DNA of 64,000 bases from Myxococcota bacterium (GCA_965223415.1 OZ245002.1:448001-512000), one strand, 5' to 3'; positions 24,693 to 38,034 are shown, counted from the stretch's first letter. Notes: generated by a model from the sequence alone, not told the origin. Program-made: numbers and translations.

Positions 24693-26870
24693 TTAAGCCG
24701 CCGGCTCCCTCGAAGACGCAGCGGGCGGCTCGCCTTTCGCCGGCTCCACCTCACGCATGCGCAAGTAGGGCGCAACACCGTTCTCGTCGACGGAGATGAT
24801 CTCCCCGCGGTCGACCCCGAGGAGCTGCGGACGCCGCACCGCCTGCCCCTCGGGCCCCATCGACAGCACGCCGGAAGCGCCCACCACCCGCTTGGCGCGA
24901 AGGACGCCGTGGAGGACCGCGTCCCGCCCGAGAGATCCACGGGCGACCTGCAGCGAGACGAGATGAGCGGCATCGAAGCCCTGGGCGGCGAGGAAGGTGG
25001 GCTGCGCGTCGAAGGTGCCCTGGTAGCGGCGCGTGAACTCGGCCACGAAAGGATGGCGACTCCCGGCGAAGAACGGCGCAGTGAAGACCGCACCGTTCAC
25101 GTGGGTGCCGCCGATCGTCACCAGGTCGGGGTGGTTCCAGCCCGCGGTCCCGAGGAGCCGGACCCCACGCACCTCGTGGAACGCCAGGTGGGGCGCCAGG
25201 AGCGCCACGTTCTCATGGGCGTCGGGAATGAAGAGCGCGTCGAAGTCGACGAAGGGCGGCAGCGGAGCCCCGCCGGAGGAGGTGAGGGTACGCGCCTTCT
25301 TGCGCAGCTCCGCGGCCCGTTCCGGGGGCAGCCGCTTGGCCCGCTTCTCGAGCCGGGCCCGCTCGACCAGGGCTCGCTCCTGGCTCCGGGTCAAGAACTC
25401 GAAGCCGATCAGGCGACGGATGGGATCGCGGAAGTCGGTGGCGTCCGAGGCGTAGCGGGCGACGCCCACCACCTGACCGCCCCGCTCCTCGATCGCGTCC
25501 CAGAAGCTGGCCCGCAGGGCCCGGCCGTAGGCATCGTCGGGATAGAGGATGGCGAAGCGTCGCAGACCCAGGTCGCCGGCGGCGAACTCCGCCAGCACCT
25601 CCGCCTCCAGGCGCGGCGTGGACCCCATCCGCAGCACGTAGCGGCCGAGCTCGGCCACCGACTCCCGGCGGGTCAGGGTGAGCAACGGCAGGCCGTGATC
25701 CTCGGCGACCGGTGCGGCGGCCTCGGCGGCGGAGGCCAGGAGCGGCCCGATGCAGGCGATCACCTGGGGATCGGCAGCCAGCTCCGCCACCGCGGCGGCG
25801 GCACGCACGGGATCGCCCCCGCTGTCCCGCACCTCCAGCCGTAGCGCCGAGGGCGCGCTGCGGCTCGCGTCGAAGAGGCCGGCGGCGAGGAGCACGCCCT
25901 GGAGCGTCTCCTGACCGAAGGCCGCGTAGGGCCCGGAGAGCGGCAGGACGACGCCGAGGGTCGCGGCCTCGGCGGGAAGCGCCCAGCTGCCGGCCCCGTC
26001 GGCATCCCTCCAGCCGGGGAGATCGAGGCGACCCCCACCCGGCCGGGAGAGGCGTTCCTTCAGGTGGGCCAGGCGACCCGCTTCGGAGGGGCTCAGCGGC
26101 AGCCGCTCGGCCCGTGCGAGGGCCGCGAGGGCGGCGGGCCCATCGCCCTCGCCGAGGGCGCGCTCGGCCCGGTGGAGCCAGAGCCGCCCGGCGGGCAGCC
26201 GCCGCCCGAGGCCCGCCGCGATGCGCTCGAGGGCCGGACCGTCGAGCCCGGCCATCACCTCGTCCATGCGCGACTCGACCGGGGCCATGTCCCCGGGATC
26301 ATCCTGGTCGGCGCGCACCCGGCCGAGCCAGCGGAGCTCCTCGCCGGCATCGCCCTGGGCATGCGCCACGGCAGCCCGCAGGCGGTGGGCGCTGCGCCGC
26401 CGCTCGGCGTCCAGCAAGGCGATGCGGATGAGCTCGGCGTTGCCGGCGGCGGCCTCCACTTCACCGGCGTCGAGCTGGAGCCCCGCCAGCTCGAGCCGCA
26501 CCGCATCGCTCTTGTCGCCGCGAGGGTGGCGCGCCAGGGCCCACTCCAGGTGCCGCCGGGCCTCGGGCGCCTGACCCGCGGCGAGGGCGAGCTCGGCCAG
26601 GCGCAGGGCGGCGTCGTCGGCGTACAGGCTCGTCGGATGCGCCTGGAGGAAGGAGGCGAGGGCCGCGCGACCGGCCGGCGGGTCGACGGCGAGCAGACTC
26701 AGCGCGTCCGTGTAGGCGGCCCGCGCGAGTCCGCCGCCCGGCAGCCCCGACTGGCAGCCGGCGAAGAGCAGCGCAGCGAACAGGACGGCACGACCGAGGC
26801 CGGTTCCGGAAGGGGCACGACCGAGGCCGGTTCCGGAAGGGGCACGACCGAGGCCGGCGGCGCGCCTCAA
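24693..26870 (-). CDS. LpoA/LppC-like lipoprotein (TPR region + periplasmic-binding-protein domain)
   Basis: TTG start overlapping the dnaJ stop (inferred), lipobox LFAGC, TPR-like helices, [18 protein letters not shown]1-type domain. Confidence 0.72.
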   Translation of the reverse strand: MRRAAGLGRAPSGTGLGRAPSGTGLGRAVLFAALLFAGCQSGLPGGGLARAAYTDALSLLAVDPPAGRAALASFLQAHPTSLYADDAALRLAELALAAGQAPEARRHLEWALARHPRGDKSDAVRLELAGLQLDAGEVEAAAGNAELIRIALLDAERRRSAHRLRAAVAHAQGDAGEELRWLGRVRADQDDPGDMAPVESRMDEVMAGLDGPALERIAAGLGRRLPAGRLWLHRAERALGEGDGPAALAALARAERLPLSPSEAGRLAHLKERLSRPGGGRLDLPGWRDADGAGSWALPAEAATLGVVLPLSGPYAAFGQETLQGVLLAAGLFDASRSAPSALRLEVRDSGGDPVRAAAAVAELAADPQVIACIGPLLASAAEAAAPVAEDHGLPLLTLTRRESVAELGRYVLRMGSTPRLEAEVLAEFAAGDLGLRRFAILYPDDAYGRALRASFWDAIEERGGQVVGVARYASDATDFRDPIRRLIGFEFLTRSQERALVERARLEKRAKRLPPERAAELRKKARTLTSSGGAPLPPFVDFDALFIPDAHENVALLAPHLAFHEVRGVRLLGTAGWNHPDLVTIGGTHVNGAVFTAPFFAGSRHPFVAEFTRRYQGTFDAQPTFLAAQGFDAAHLVSLQVARGSLGRDAVLHGVLRAKRVVGASGVLSMGPEGQAVRRPQLLGVDRGEIISVDENGVAPYLRMREVEPAKGEPPAASSREPAA
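26787..26857. repeat. 27-bp tandem repeat, 2.6 copies
   Basis: Unit GGCACGACCGAGGCCGGTTCCGGAAGG; encodes GLGRAPSGT repeats in the signal peptide. Confidence 0.9.
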
Positions 26871-27982
26871 TCGAAGAGGTCCCGCAGCTTGTCGAGGAAG
26901 CCCTTCGTCACCGGCGAGGCCTCGGTGCCCGTCTCCTCGGCGAACTGCTCGAGCAGCTCGCGCTGGCGTCCGGTGAGCTTCGTCGGCACCTCGACGAACA
27001 CCCGCACGAGCTGGTCGCCGCGGCCGGCGCCGTTCAGGGAAGGCACGCCCTTGCCGCGCAGCCGCAGGATCTTCCCCGGCTGGGTGCCCTCGGGAATTCG
27101 CATCTTCACCTTGCCCTCGAGGGTGGGAACCTCCACCTCGGTGCCGAGGGCGGCGTGGACGAACGGAACGGGGACCTCGCAGTGGAGATCCGGACCGTCG
27201 CGCTCGAAGAAGGGATGGGACTTCAGGTGCATCACCACGTACAGGTCGCCGGGCGGGCCGCCGGAAATACCCGCCTCCCCCTCCCCGCCCACGCGCAGGC
27301 GCATGCCGTCCTCGATGCCCGCGGGCACGCGCACCTTGATCGACTTCTGGCCTTCCGTCCGCCCGCTGCCCCGGCACCCGCCGCACGGGTCCCGCACCAC
27401 GAAGCCCTCGCCCGCGCAGGCCTCGCAGGGACGGCTGATACGGAAGAGGCCCTGCTGGAAGATCGCCTGCCCCGTTCCCTGGCAGCGCCCGCAGCGCTCG
27501 GGCTGGGAGCCCTCGCGGGCGCCGGAGCCGCCGCAGGTGCCACAGGGCATCATCTTCGGCAGGTCGAGGGAGATCTCCTTGCCCTCGAGCACGTCGGCCA
27601 GGTCGATCTCCAGGTTGTAGCGGAGGTCGGCGCCGCGCTGACCGCGGGTGCGACCGCCGCGGCCGCCCATGCGGCCGCCGAAGAGATCCCCGAACAGGTC
27701 GCTGAACAGGTCGCCGAAGTCCTGGAAGCCGCCGGGAAAGCCGCCGGGACCGCCGGCGCCGACGCCCTGGTGCCCGAACTGGTCGTACTGCCCCCGCTTC
27801 TCCGCATCCGAGAGCACCGCGTAGGCCTCGGACGCCTCCTTGAAGCGCTCCTCCGCCTCGGCGTCGTCCGGATTGCGGTCCGGATGGTTCTCGAGCGCCA
27901 GCTTGCGGTACGCCGCCTTCAGATCGTCGTCCGAGGCGGTGCGGGCCACCCCCAGCACCTCGTAGTAGTCACGCTTGGCCAT
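26867..27982 (-). CDS. dnaJ: Chaperone DnaJ
   Basis: [14 protein letters not shown], four CxxCxGxG repeats. Confidence 0.98.
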   Translation of the reverse strand: MAKRDYYEVLGVARTASDDDLKAAYRKLALENHPDRNPDDAEAEERFKEASEAYAVLSDAEKRGQYDQFGHQGVGAGGPGGFPGGFQDFGDLFSDLFGDLFGGRMGGRGGRTRGQRGADLRYNLEIDLADVLEGKEISLDLPKMMPCGTCGGSGAREGSQPERCGRCQGTGQAIFQQGLFRISRPCEACAGEGFVVRDPCGGCRGSGRTEGQKSIKVRVPAGIEDGMRLRVGGEGEAGISGGPPGDLYVVMHLKSHPFFERDGPDLHCEVPVPFVHAALGTEVEVPTLEGKVKMRIPEGTQPGKILRLRGKGVPSLNGAGRGDQLVRVFVEVPTKLTGRQRELLEQFAEETGTEASPVTKGFLDKLRDLFD

Positions 27983-27994
27983 GCGAGGGGGGAA

Positions 27995-28022
27995 AGATGG
28001 GGCCTGGGGCGGGAAGGTCAAG
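27995..28022 (-). promoter_or_regulatory. Candidate sigma32-type promoter of dnaJ
   Basis: CTTGACC-13 nt-CCCCATCT on the minus strand. Confidence 0.55.
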
Positions 28023-28371
28023 CGGGGCCCCTCGGGGAGGGGGCCGCTTCGCTTCTGCGAGCGGGATCGCGGGGCGGCCGGGGGGCCCGGCGCTCCATGG
28101 CTCGCTGCGGCCTTCGAACGCGCGCGGACGGCGGGTGCGCGACCCGGGCCGCCCTGGGCGCGTACTCGAAGGCCTTGCTGCGCTTGACTTCCGCGCCGGG
28201 CCCACCGGCCGCCCCGCGATCCGTTCGGGGTGGATTCGGGTCCCGGCAACGTGCAGGGGGTGGGGAAGGAAAGGGGGGGAGGTGCGCGAACGTGGGTCCT
28301 GCCTCGATGCGCCGAGACGGCTCCACCCATTCATCAGAAAGGAATCGGCGTCCATCCGTGCGGGGGACGCG

Positions 28372-28542
28372 CGCCGGGTGCGGGTGCAGGCCGGGCGGAA
28401 ATCAAGCGCAGGCAGGCACAATGATCGTCGTGCGCACAGGTTGCCGCCGGCGAAGCCGGAAGCGGCGACCCCGCCATGCGACACCGTACGCGGCCGGCCC
28501 CCCGGCCGAGCCATTCCGCCCGGCCTGCACCCGCACCCGGCG
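28372..28542. repeat. Perfect 29-bp inverted repeat flanking 113 bp
   Basis: CGCCGGGTGCGGGTGCAGGCCGGGCGGAA (28372-28400) and its exact reverse complement (28514-28542). Confidence 0.85.
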
Positions 28543-28587
28543 ACTCCGCATCCCGCGAAAGGAGCGAAGCGGCCCCAAGCCGTATCC

Positions 28588-30417
<1,830 letters not shown>

Positions 30418-30459
30418 CGAACGCCGGCCCTCCGTGGCAGGCCCGCGTCCGGCGCCCGC

Positions 30460-31173
30460 CTAGCCTTCGGTCTCGTCCTCGGGCTTTTCGGCCATCCCGC
30501 CCTCGGGCTTTCGCGAAACCACGACCCGGGCCGGCCGGAGCAGGCGGTCCCGGAGCTGGTAGCCGCCCTGGAGCACCTGCATCACCGTGCCCGACGACGC
30601 CTCGTCGCTCTCGACCTGGGCCATCGCCTCGTGGACGTTGGGGTCGAACGGCTGGCCAAGGGCCTCGACCGGCGTGACCGCGTGGTGAGCCAGCACCCCG
30701 AGGAGCTCCCGCCGCACCAGCTCCACGCCCTGCAACATGCTCTCGAAGTCCCCGGATTCGCTCTGCTTTGCGTGATCTATGGCCCGATCGAGGTTGTCCA
30801 CCGTCGCCAGCAGATCCCGGGCCAGGCCCTCGTGGCCGTAGCTGTGGGCGTCCTGCCGCTCCTTCAGGGCGCGCTTGCGGTGGTTGTCGAAGTCGGCCTG
30901 CAGGCGCAGGGCGCGCTCCTTGAGGGAGTCGATCTCCTGCTTCGCCTGCTCGAGCTCCTCGAGCACCCGCTCGTGGGTCTCCCGGGGCACGGCCACGACG
31001 GCGCCGCCGCCCTTGGGCTTCTTGCGGGCCTCCTCCCGGGCCTCCACCGCCTCGGCCGCCTCGCGGAGGGCCTCCTCCAGCTCGGCGCTGGGCGCGATGG
31101 TGCCCTCGCTGGGCTCCTCGGCGAGGGCCTCCCAGCCCTCGGTCCGGTCCGAATCGTTGCCGCCCTGGTTCAT
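30460..31173 (-). CDS. grpE: Nucleotide exchange factor GrpE
   Basis: [38 protein letters not shown] overlaps the hrcA stop. Confidence 0.95.
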   Translation of the reverse strand: MNQGGNDSDRTEGWEALAEEPSEGTIAPSAELEEALREAAEAVEAREEARKKPKGGGAVVAVPRETHERVLEELEQAKQEIDSLKERALRLQADFDNHRKRALKERQDAHSYGHEGLARDLLATVDNLDRAIDHAKQSESGDFESMLQGVELVRRELLGVLAHHAVTPVEALGQPFDPNVHEAMAQVESDEASSGTVMQVLQGGYQLRDRLLRPARVVVSRKPEGGMAEKPEDETEG

Positions 31174-32246
31174 GAGGCTCCCACCCAATCGGTCGCGAGA
31201 CGCGACACACAATCCACGAGGGGCACGACCCGTGCGTAGTCGAGGCGGCTCGGGCCGATCACGCCGAGCGTGCTGCGATGGGCGCCGCAGCCGTAGGGCG
31301 CAGCGACGACGACGCAGCCCTCCAGGGCCTCTTCGCCGGTATCGTCGCCGAACACGATGGTCACCCCTTCCTCGCCGAGCATCCGGTCGATCAGCTCGAC
31401 CAGACGCTCGTTCTCCTCGAGGGCAGCGTGCAGCGCCCGCACGCGCCGGGCGTCCTGGAACTCGGGCTGCTCCAGCAGCGCGAGCCAGGTGGCGACGAGG
31501 AGCTCGTTCTCCTCCTCGGTCCCGGAGGCCGCGCGGCCCAGCCGCAAGGCGTTCTCGAGCAGCACGTCCGCCTCGCTGCGCAGGTCGTCCGCCTCCCGCA
31601 GGAGCCGGCGGCGCAGGGAGGGAAGGGTCTCGCCCACGAGCCGCTCGTTCAGGCTGGCCGCCAGCTGATCGAGGTGGGCCTGGTCGCCGCGGCCGATCCG
31701 CTCGACGACTCGTTGATAGGCCGCCCCGTCGCGCGAGACGAGCACGCACATCACGCGCTCCGTCGAGACCCGGACGAAGCTCACGTGCTGCATCACGGCG
31801 CGGTCGAGGCGGGGCGCCAGCACGAAGCCCAGCTGGCGGGTGCGCTCCGAGAGCAGGCGCGAGATGCCCGTCGCCAGCCCGGGAGCGACCTCGGTCTCGA
31901 GCTGCCCCGCCACGTCCCGGGCCTCGTAGGGTCCGAGCTCCCGGGGCGCGAGCAGCTGGTCCACGTACACGCGGAAGCCGTCGAGGGTGGGCAAGCTGCC
32001 GGCCGAGCGGTGGGGCTTGGCGACGAGGGAGAGCGCGCCCAGCTCGGACAGAGTGGAGCGCACGCTGGCGGAGGAGAGGGCCACCGGCAGCAGCGCCGAG
32101 ATGCGATCGGAGGCGACCGGCGCCGCCTCGCCCACGTAGGACGAAACGACCACGTTCATCACCTGGCCCTGACGGTCCGACAGCACGGGGCCGGGGCTTC
32201 GTCGTGTGTGCAGCGGACCGGGCAGGATCGCGGACTCCTCGGGCAC
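31170..32246 (-). CDS. hrcA: Heat-inducible repressor HrcA (divergent)
   Basis: [41 protein letters not shown]; upstream of grpE. Confidence 0.9.
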   Translation of the reverse strand: MPEESAILPGPLHTRRSPGPVLSDRQGQVMNVVVSSYVGEAAPVASDRISALLPVALSSASVRSTLSELGALSLVAKPHRSAGSLPTLDGFRVYVDQLLAPRELGPYEARDVAGQLETEVAPGLATGISRLLSERTRQLGFVLAPRLDRAVMQHVSFVRVSTERVMCVLVSRDGAAYQRVVERIGRGDQAHLDQLAASLNERLVGETLPSLRRRLLREADDLRSEADVLLENALRLGRAASGTEEENELLVATWLALLEQPEFQDARRVRALHAALEENERLVELIDRMLGEEGVTIVFGDDTGEEALEGCVVVAAPYGCGAHRSTLGVIGPSRLDYARVVPLVDCVSRLATDWVGAS

Positions 32247-32288
32247 GCCCCCGCGGGCTCCCCGCGGGCCGAAAACCCAATGAAATCA

Positions 32289-32326
32289 GAGGGCTGACCC
32301 ATACCATCGGCCCGACGGAGCGTCAA
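32289..32326 (-). promoter_or_regulatory. Candidate hrcA operon promoter with a CIRCE half-site
   Basis: TTGACG-17 nt-TATGGG followed by TCAGCCCTC (7/9 match to the CIRCE left arm). Confidence 0.4.
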
Positions 32327-32334
32327 CGAAAGCC

Positions 32335-33501
32335 CTACACGAGGGCCGCCGACACCGTATCGGCCAGCAGCCAGCCGCGTCGGGTGAGCCGCCAGGCCGA
32401 GGCGGCCACTTCCAGGAGGCCCGCCTCCCGCATCTCCAGGAGGGCCGGCCAGCAGGCCTCCGGAGCCAGGCCGAACTCGGCCTCGAAGGCGCCCCGGGCC
32501 AGGCCCTCCCGGGTGCGAAGGGCGAGGAAGGCCGCCTCCGCCCGCGCGGTGGGCTCGTCCAGCCGCTCGAGCCCGGGCGGCGCGGCGCCACGGCCGGCCG
32601 CGATCCGGGTGAGCCAGAGGGAGAGCTCCCGCTCGTTGGCCCGGCGGGCGCCGAAGGGCGCCCCCGGGCCGGGCACCTCGCTCGAATGGGCCCCGGGACC
32701 GAGGCCCAGCACGGGCTGCCGGCGCCAGTAGCGCCGGTTGTGGCGGGCCTCGGAGCCGGCGCGCGCGTAGCTCGAGACTTCGTACCGCAGGAGTCCCGCC
32801 TTCTCGAGGGCGTCGGCGGTCGTCTCCATCATCGCCGCCGTGATCTCCTCGCCTGGCGGGACGAGCTGCTCCCGGGCCACCGCCGTGGCGTAGGGAGTTC
32901 CCTCCTCCACCGTGAGAGCGTAGGCCGAGACGTGCCCGGGCCCGTGGCCCAGGGCCGCCTCGACGTCCGCGGCCACGCCCGCGGCGTCCTGGCCCGGGAT
33001 GCCGAAGATGAGATCGACCGAGAGCTGGGCGAAGCCCGCCGCCCGCGCCGCCTCGAGGGTGCGGTGGCCCTCCTCCGCCCGGTGGGCCCGGCCCAGCCGG
33101 TGCAGACAGGCGTCGTCGAAGGACTGGATCCCGATCGAGAGCCGGTCGACACCGGCCTCGCGAAAGCCCGGCAGACGGTCGCGCTCGACGCTGCTCGGGT
33201 TCACCTCGAGGGTGGTCTCCGCCGGTGCGCCCTCGAAGGTCTCGCGGATCCCAGCGATCAGCCGGGCGATGGATTCCGGACGGAGGAGCGAGGGTGTGCC
33301 ACCGCCGAGGTAGATCGTGGCCAGGCGGTGCCCAGGGTAGGCCCCGGCCCGGGCCTCCAGCTCGGCGAGGAGCCCGGCGACCGTGCGCTCCTCCTCGGCG
33401 GGCAGAAGCCTGCGGCGGGCGACGACCGCGAAATCGCAGTAGGGACAGACGCGCTCGCAGAACGGCACGTGCAGGTAGATCCCGAGGTCCGGCGGCGTCA
33501 C
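32335..33501 (-). CDS. hemW: Radical SAM heme chaperone HemW
   Basis: YLHVPFCERVCPYCDF, GGGTPS, HNRRYW; usual position upstream of hrcA. Confidence 0.92.
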   Translation of the reverse strand: MTPPDLGIYLHVPFCERVCPYCDFAVVARRRLLPAEEERTVAGLLAELEARAGAYPGHRLATIYLGGGTPSLLRPESIARLIAGIRETFEGAPAETTLEVNPSSVERDRLPGFREAGVDRLSIGIQSFDDACLHRLGRAHRAEEGHRTLEAARAAGFAQLSVDLIFGIPGQDAAGVAADVEAALGHGPGHVSAYALTVEEGTPYATAVAREQLVPPGEEITAAMMETTADALEKAGLLRYEVSSYARAGSEARHNRRYWRRQPVLGLGPGAHSSEVPGPGAPFGARRANERELSLWLTRIAAGRGAAPPGLERLDEPTARAEAAFLALRTREGLARGAFEAEFGLAPEACWPALLEMREAGLLEVAASAWRLTRRGWLLADTVSAALV

Positions 33502-33584
33502 GCTTCCATACTAGGGAGGCGTGTCGGTACGCACGAAGGGCCGCTGGTTCGATCCGCCCGGTCGGGACGGTTACCCTCGCCGCG

Positions 33585-36185
33585 ATGCACGCCCCCGTCC
33601 ACGTCGAGACCCTGCCCGGGGGGCCCACGCTCCTGCTTCGGGAGGCCCACGTGGCACCGGTGGCAGAGGTGCAGGTGCTGGCTCGGGTGGGCGCCGCCGA
33701 CGAGGGGCCGGGCGAGGCCGGGCTCGCGCACTTCCACGAGCACATGCTGTTCAAGGGCACCGCGAGCCGCGGTGTCGGCGAGATCGCCGGCGCGATCGAG
33801 GGGGTCGGCGGAAGGATCAACGCCTGGACCTCCTTCGACACGACCTGCTACCACGCGACGCTTCCGAGTGACGCGGTGGCGATCGGGCTCGACGTGCTGG
33901 CGGATGCCACCCAGCACTCGGTGTTCGATCCGGAGGAGACCCGCCGCGAGATCGAGGTGGTGCTCGAGGAGATCCGCCGCTCCGAGGACGAGCCGCACCA
34001 CGTGCTCTCGGACCTGATCTTCGCCACCACCTATCGCGCCCATCCCTACCGGGCACCGATCCTGGGGAGCCGGGAGAGCGTGGCCGCACTCACCCCCGAG
34101 CGGCTGCGTGCGTTCTACGGCCGTTGGTACACGCCGGCCAACCTGGTGGTGGTGGCCACCGGCGACTTCGACACGGGCTGGATGCGCGAGCGCATCGCCC
34201 GTGCCTTCGGCTCGACGGGGGACGGCGCACCGGAGCGCCGGCGCAGCGGCGAGCCCGGCCAGGACGGCCTGCGGGTGGCCCTCGAGCGTCGGCCCTTCGA
34301 GCGCGCGTGCCTCGATCTCTCGTGGCCGGTCACCCGGCTCGCCCACCCGGACACGCCGCTCCTCGACCTGCTCGCCTACGTGCTCGGCGGCGGCGAGAGC
34401 TCCCGGCTCGTGCGCCGCGTGAAGGAGGAGGCCGGGCTCTGCGATCGGATCGACGCCTCCTGCTACACGCCGCTGGACCCGGGGCTCTTCGGCGCGACGG
34501 TGGACCTGGAGGCCGAGCGCAGCGAGGCCGCGATCGAGGCGATCGTGCGGGAGACGGAGCGCCTGCGGCAGGAGCCGGTGAGCGGCGCAGAGCTCGAGCG
34601 CGCGCGGGCGAACTTCGTGGCGAGCCAGGCCTGGGAAGGCGAGAGCGTCTCGGGCATGGCGCGCAAGCTCGGCAGCCACTTCGTCCTGGCCGGCGACCAT
34701 CGCCACGCCGATCGCTACCTGGACGCGGTGCGCACGGCCACCGCCCACGACCTGCAGCGCGTCGCCGCGACCTACCTCGACCCCCGGGCCCTCTCGGTCG
34801 CCGGCGTGCTGCCGGAGAGCGCGCCGGCTCCGGGCGAAGAGCAGGTGCGCCAGGCGGTGCGACGGGCCTGCGAGCGGGCCGAGCGTGCCGCGGCGCCGCC
34901 GCGGCACGAGGCGCGGGCCCCCGCCGCGAAGCCGGCGGCGGGCGCGGCGGCCGAAGAGCTGCAGACCTACGAGCTGCCCGGCGGCACCAGGCTCGTGGTG
35001 GCGCCCCGGCCGGAGGTGCCCGTGGTCGCCGTACGCGCCGCGATGCTAGGCGGCCAGCTCGCGGAGGAGGAGGAGAGCGCGGGCCTCGCGAGCTTCCTGG
35101 CCGGCATGTGGCTTCGCGGCACCCGGGGCCGCTCGGCCGCGGACTTCGCCCGGGAGGTGGAGAATCTGGCCGGCGACGTGGACGGATTCTCCGGCCGCAA
35201 CAGCTGCGGCCTGACCATGGACGCCACTCGCGAGCAGTTCCTGCCCGTGCTCGATCTCTTCTGCGAGGCCCTCCTCTCGCCGGGCTTCACCGCCGACGAG
35301 ATCGAGCGCGAGCGGCGCGACACCCTGGCCGCCATCTCCCGCCGGGAGGACCGGCTCTCGGCCCGGGCCTTCGACCTCTTCGCGCGCACCGAGTTCGAGG
35401 GCCACCCCTACCGGCTACCGCTGATGGGCGCCCCGGAGACCGTCGCCCGCTTCGACCGCGACGCCCTCCTGGCCCTGCACGAGCGGCTGGTGGGCGGCCA
35501 GAACCTAGTGGTGGCGGTGGCCGGCGACGTCGACCCGGACGAGGCGGCCGGCGAGCTCTCGCGCCGGCTGGCCGAGCTGCCGGAGGGCGCCGACCTCGCC
35601 GGCGCGCTGCCGCGCCAGGAGACCCGGGCCCCCGGCATGCGGACCGCCGAGGAGTGGAAGGACCGGGCCCAGGCCCACCTGGTGGTGGGCTTCCGCGGGC
35701 TGGACGTCCACGACCCGGAGCGCGTCGCCCTCGAGGTGCTGTCCCAGGCCCTGGCCGGCCAGGGCGGGCGACTCTTCCTCGAGCTGCGCGACCGGCAGAG
35801 CCTGGCCTACGCGGTCACCGCGGTGAACGTGGAGGGCCTCGCGAAGGGCAGCTTCGCCGTGTACATCGCCACGGCGCCGGAGAAGCTCGAGCAGGCGAAG
35901 AGCGGCATCACCGACGAGCTGCGCCGCGCCGCCGAGCGGGCGATGCCCGACGCCGAGATCGAGCGCGCCCGCCGCTACCTGATCGGTCACCACGCGATCG
36001 ACGCCCAGCGCAGCGGAAGCCGTGCCCTCCAGCTCGCCCTCGACACCCGCTACGGCCTCGGCCCCGAGGCCCACGCCCTCTACCCGGAGCACGTTCGCAG
36101 CATCACCGCCGAGGACGTACGACGCGTGGCCGAGCGCATCCTCGACCCGGCCGCCGCAACCCTCGCCATCATCCGCCCGGAGTAG
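33585..36185 (+). CDS. M16 family zinc peptidase (two fused halves)
   Basis: AHFHEHMLFKGT (HxxEH), NAWTSFDTTCY; second half lacks the motif. Confidence 0.92.
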   Translation: MHAPVHVETLPGGPTLLLREAHVAPVAEVQVLARVGAADEGPGEAGLAHFHEHMLFKGTASRGVGEIAGAIEGVGGRINAWTSFDTTCYHATLPSDAVAIGLDVLADATQHSVFDPEETRREIEVVLEEIRRSEDEPHHVLSDLIFATTYRAHPYRAPILGSRESVAALTPERLRAFYGRWYTPANLVVVATGDFDTGWMRERIARAFGSTGDGAPERRRSGEPGQDGLRVALERRPFERACLDLSWPVTRLAHPDTPLLDLLAYVLGGGESSRLVRRVKEEAGLCDRIDASCYTPLDPGLFGATVDLEAERSEAAIEAIVRETERLRQEPVSGAELERARANFVASQAWEGESVSGMARKLGSHFVLAGDHRHADRYLDAVRTATAHDLQRVAATYLDPRALSVAGVLPESAPAPGEEQVRQAVRRACERAERAAAPPRHEARAPAAKPAAGAAAEELQTYELPGGTRLVVAPRPEVPVVAVRAAMLGGQLAEEEESAGLASFLAGMWLRGTRGRSAADFAREVENLAGDVDGFSGRNSCGLTMDATREQFLPVLDLFCEALLSPGFTADEIERERRDTLAAISRREDRLSARAFDLFARTEFEGHPYRLPLMGAPETVARFDRDALLALHERLVGGQNLVVAVAGDVDPDEAAGELSRRLAELPEGADLAGALPRQETRAPGMRTAEEWKDRAQAHLVVGFRGLDVHDPERVALEVLSQALAGQGGRLFLELRDRQSLAYAVTAVNVEGLAKGSFAVYIATAPEKLEQAKSGITDELRRAAERAMPDAEIERARRYLIGHHAIDAQRSGSRALQLALDTRYGLGPEAHALYPEHVRSITAEDVRRVAERILDPAAATLAIIRPE

Positions 36186-36257
36186 TGAGACAAGGGGACG
36201 TTCCTTTCTGTCTCACGGCGAAGCCGTGAGACAGAAAGGAACGTCCCCTTGTCTCAC
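36185..36257. repeat. REPIN-like palindrome, family A, copy 3
   Basis: Perfect 35-nt arms with loop GAA, between convergent stop codons. Confidence 0.92.
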
Positions 36258-36259
36258 CC

Positions 36260-38008
36260 TCACGGGCCTAGCGCGACGCCGTCGCCGCGGGGGTCGCTGC
36301 CGCCGAGGTGGAGGCCGTCGGGCTCGACCACGATGGCCTGGGCGCTGGACCAGTTGCGCTCGGAGATCTCCACGGTGTGGCCGCGCCGGCGCAGGCCCTC
36401 GACGACGTCCGCCGGCGTCGCGTCCTCGACCAGCACCCGGTCGGGCACCCACTGGTGGTGGAAGCGCGGGAACGAGACCGCCTCCTGTACGTCCATGCCG
36501 TAGTCCACCACGTTGACGATCGACTGCAGAGTGGTGGTGATGATGCGCGGGCCGCCGGGGCTGCCTGTGACCATACGCACGCGCCCGTCCTTCATCAGGA
36601 TCGTCGGCGTCATGCTCGAGAGCGGGCGCTTGCCCGGGGCGATGGCATTGGCACCGCGGGTATCGATGAGCCCGAAGGCGTTGGGCGTCCCGGGCGCGAT
36701 CGAGAAGTCGTCCATCTCGTCGTTCAGCACGATACCGGTGCCCGGCGCGGTGATGCCGGAGCCGAGGATCAGGTTGACCGTCTGGGTGATCGCCACCGCG
36801 CCGCCCGCCGCGTCGGTCACCGAGAGATGGGTCGTGCCGCCGCCGCGGGGCGGGTCCCCCGGCGCCTCGACCCGGATGGCCACCTCGCGCCGCCCCCAGG
36901 TCCAGGGCGGCCGCCGCCACCAGCCCGGGTTGATGCGCCCGCGCAGCGCTGCCGCCCGCTCCGACGAGACGAGCCAGGCGATCGGCACGTCGACGAAGTC
37001 CGCATCGCCGAGGAAGGTGTTGCGGTCGGCGAAGGCCAGCTTCATCGCCTCCGAGAGCCGATGCAAGCTCGCCGAGGAGCCCGCACCCAGGGCGGCCAGG
37101 TCGTAGGCCTCGACGATGCCGAGGATCTGCACCAGCGCGACGCCGCCGGACGACGGCGGAGGGAAGGAGAGGACCTCGTGGCCCCGGTAGGTCCCGCGGA
37201 TGGGCTCGCGCTTGCGCGCCGCGTAGCCGGCCAGGTCCTCCAGGGTGAGCAGGCCGCCGTGGGCCTGGACCGCCGCGACCATCGCCTCCGCGATCGGCCC
37301 CGTGTAGAACGCGTCGGCGCCGCGCTTCGCGATGGCGCGGAGGGTCTTCGCCTTGTCCCGTTGGACGAGCCGCCAGCCCGCCTGGATCGGGCTGCCGTCC
37401 GCCGGCAGCTGGATGCGCGCGGTCTCCGGGAACGCCTCGGCCAGACCGAGGCGCTGCCAGAAGGCCAGCCCCGCCGCGTGGCGCGGCCCCACGGCGAAGC
37501 CCTCCTCCGCCAGCCGGATCGCCGGCGCCAGCACCTGCGCTAGGGGCAGCGTGCCGTACTCGGCGAGCGCCTCGGTGAGCCCGCGCACGAGCCCCGGCGT
37601 CGCCACGGCCAGCCCACCGATGCGCGAGGCGTGCTCGGGCAGGCCCGGGGCCAGGTACATGTCTGCCGTAGCCGCCGCCGGCGCCGTCTCCCGGGCGTCG
37701 AGGGCCACGGTTCGGCCGTCGGCCGTGCGGATCAGCAGGAAGCCGCCCCCGCCGATCCCGGAGTGATGGGCATCGGTCACCGAGAGGGCGAAGGCCGTGG
37801 CCACCGCCGCGTCCACCGCGTTGCCGCCGGCCTCGAGCATGGCGACGCCGGCGCGGGTCGCGTCCGCCTGGGGGCTCGCGACCATGCCGCCGCGGCTCCG
37901 CGCCGGCGCAGGCGCCGCGGCGTGGGCAGCCGGGGTGGCGGCGAACAGCGCGGCGAGCGCCAGCGCGGCGATCGCCGCCCGCCTTCCTACACTGGAGAAG
38001 CGTCCCAT
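36260..38008 (-). CDS. ggt: Gamma-glutamyltransferase
   Basis: GGNAVDAAVA, SGIGGGGF, TTHLSV (Thr nucleophile), NDEMDDF, KRPLSSMTP; signal peptide. Confidence 0.95.
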   Translation of the reverse strand: MGRFSSVGRRAAIAALALAALFAATPAAHAAAPAPARSRGGMVASPQADATRAGVAMLEAGGNAVDAAVATAFALSVTDAHHSGIGGGGFLLIRTADGRTVALDARETAPAAATADMYLAPGLPEHASRIGGLAVATPGLVRGLTEALAEYGTLPLAQVLAPAIRLAEEGFAVGPRHAAGLAFWQRLGLAEAFPETARIQLPADGSPIQAGWRLVQRDKAKTLRAIAKRGADAFYTGPIAEAMVAAVQAHGGLLTLEDLAGYAARKREPIRGTYRGHEVLSFPPPSSGGVALVQILGIVEAYDLAALGAGSSASLHRLSEAMKLAFADRNTFLGDADFVDVPIAWLVSSERAAALRGRINPGWWRRPPWTWGRREVAIRVEAPGDPPRGGGTTHLSVTDAAGGAVAITQTVNLILGSGITAPGTGIVLNDEMDDFSIAPGTPNAFGLIDTRGANAIAPGKRPLSSMTPTILMKDGRVRMVTGSPGGPRIITTTLQSIVNVVDYGMDVQEAVSFPRFHHQWVPDRVLVEDATPADVVEGLRRRGHTVEISERNWSSAQAIVVEPDGLHLGGSDPRGDGVALGP

Positions 38009-38034
38009 GGCAGGACGCTAACAGGGGGTGGGAC

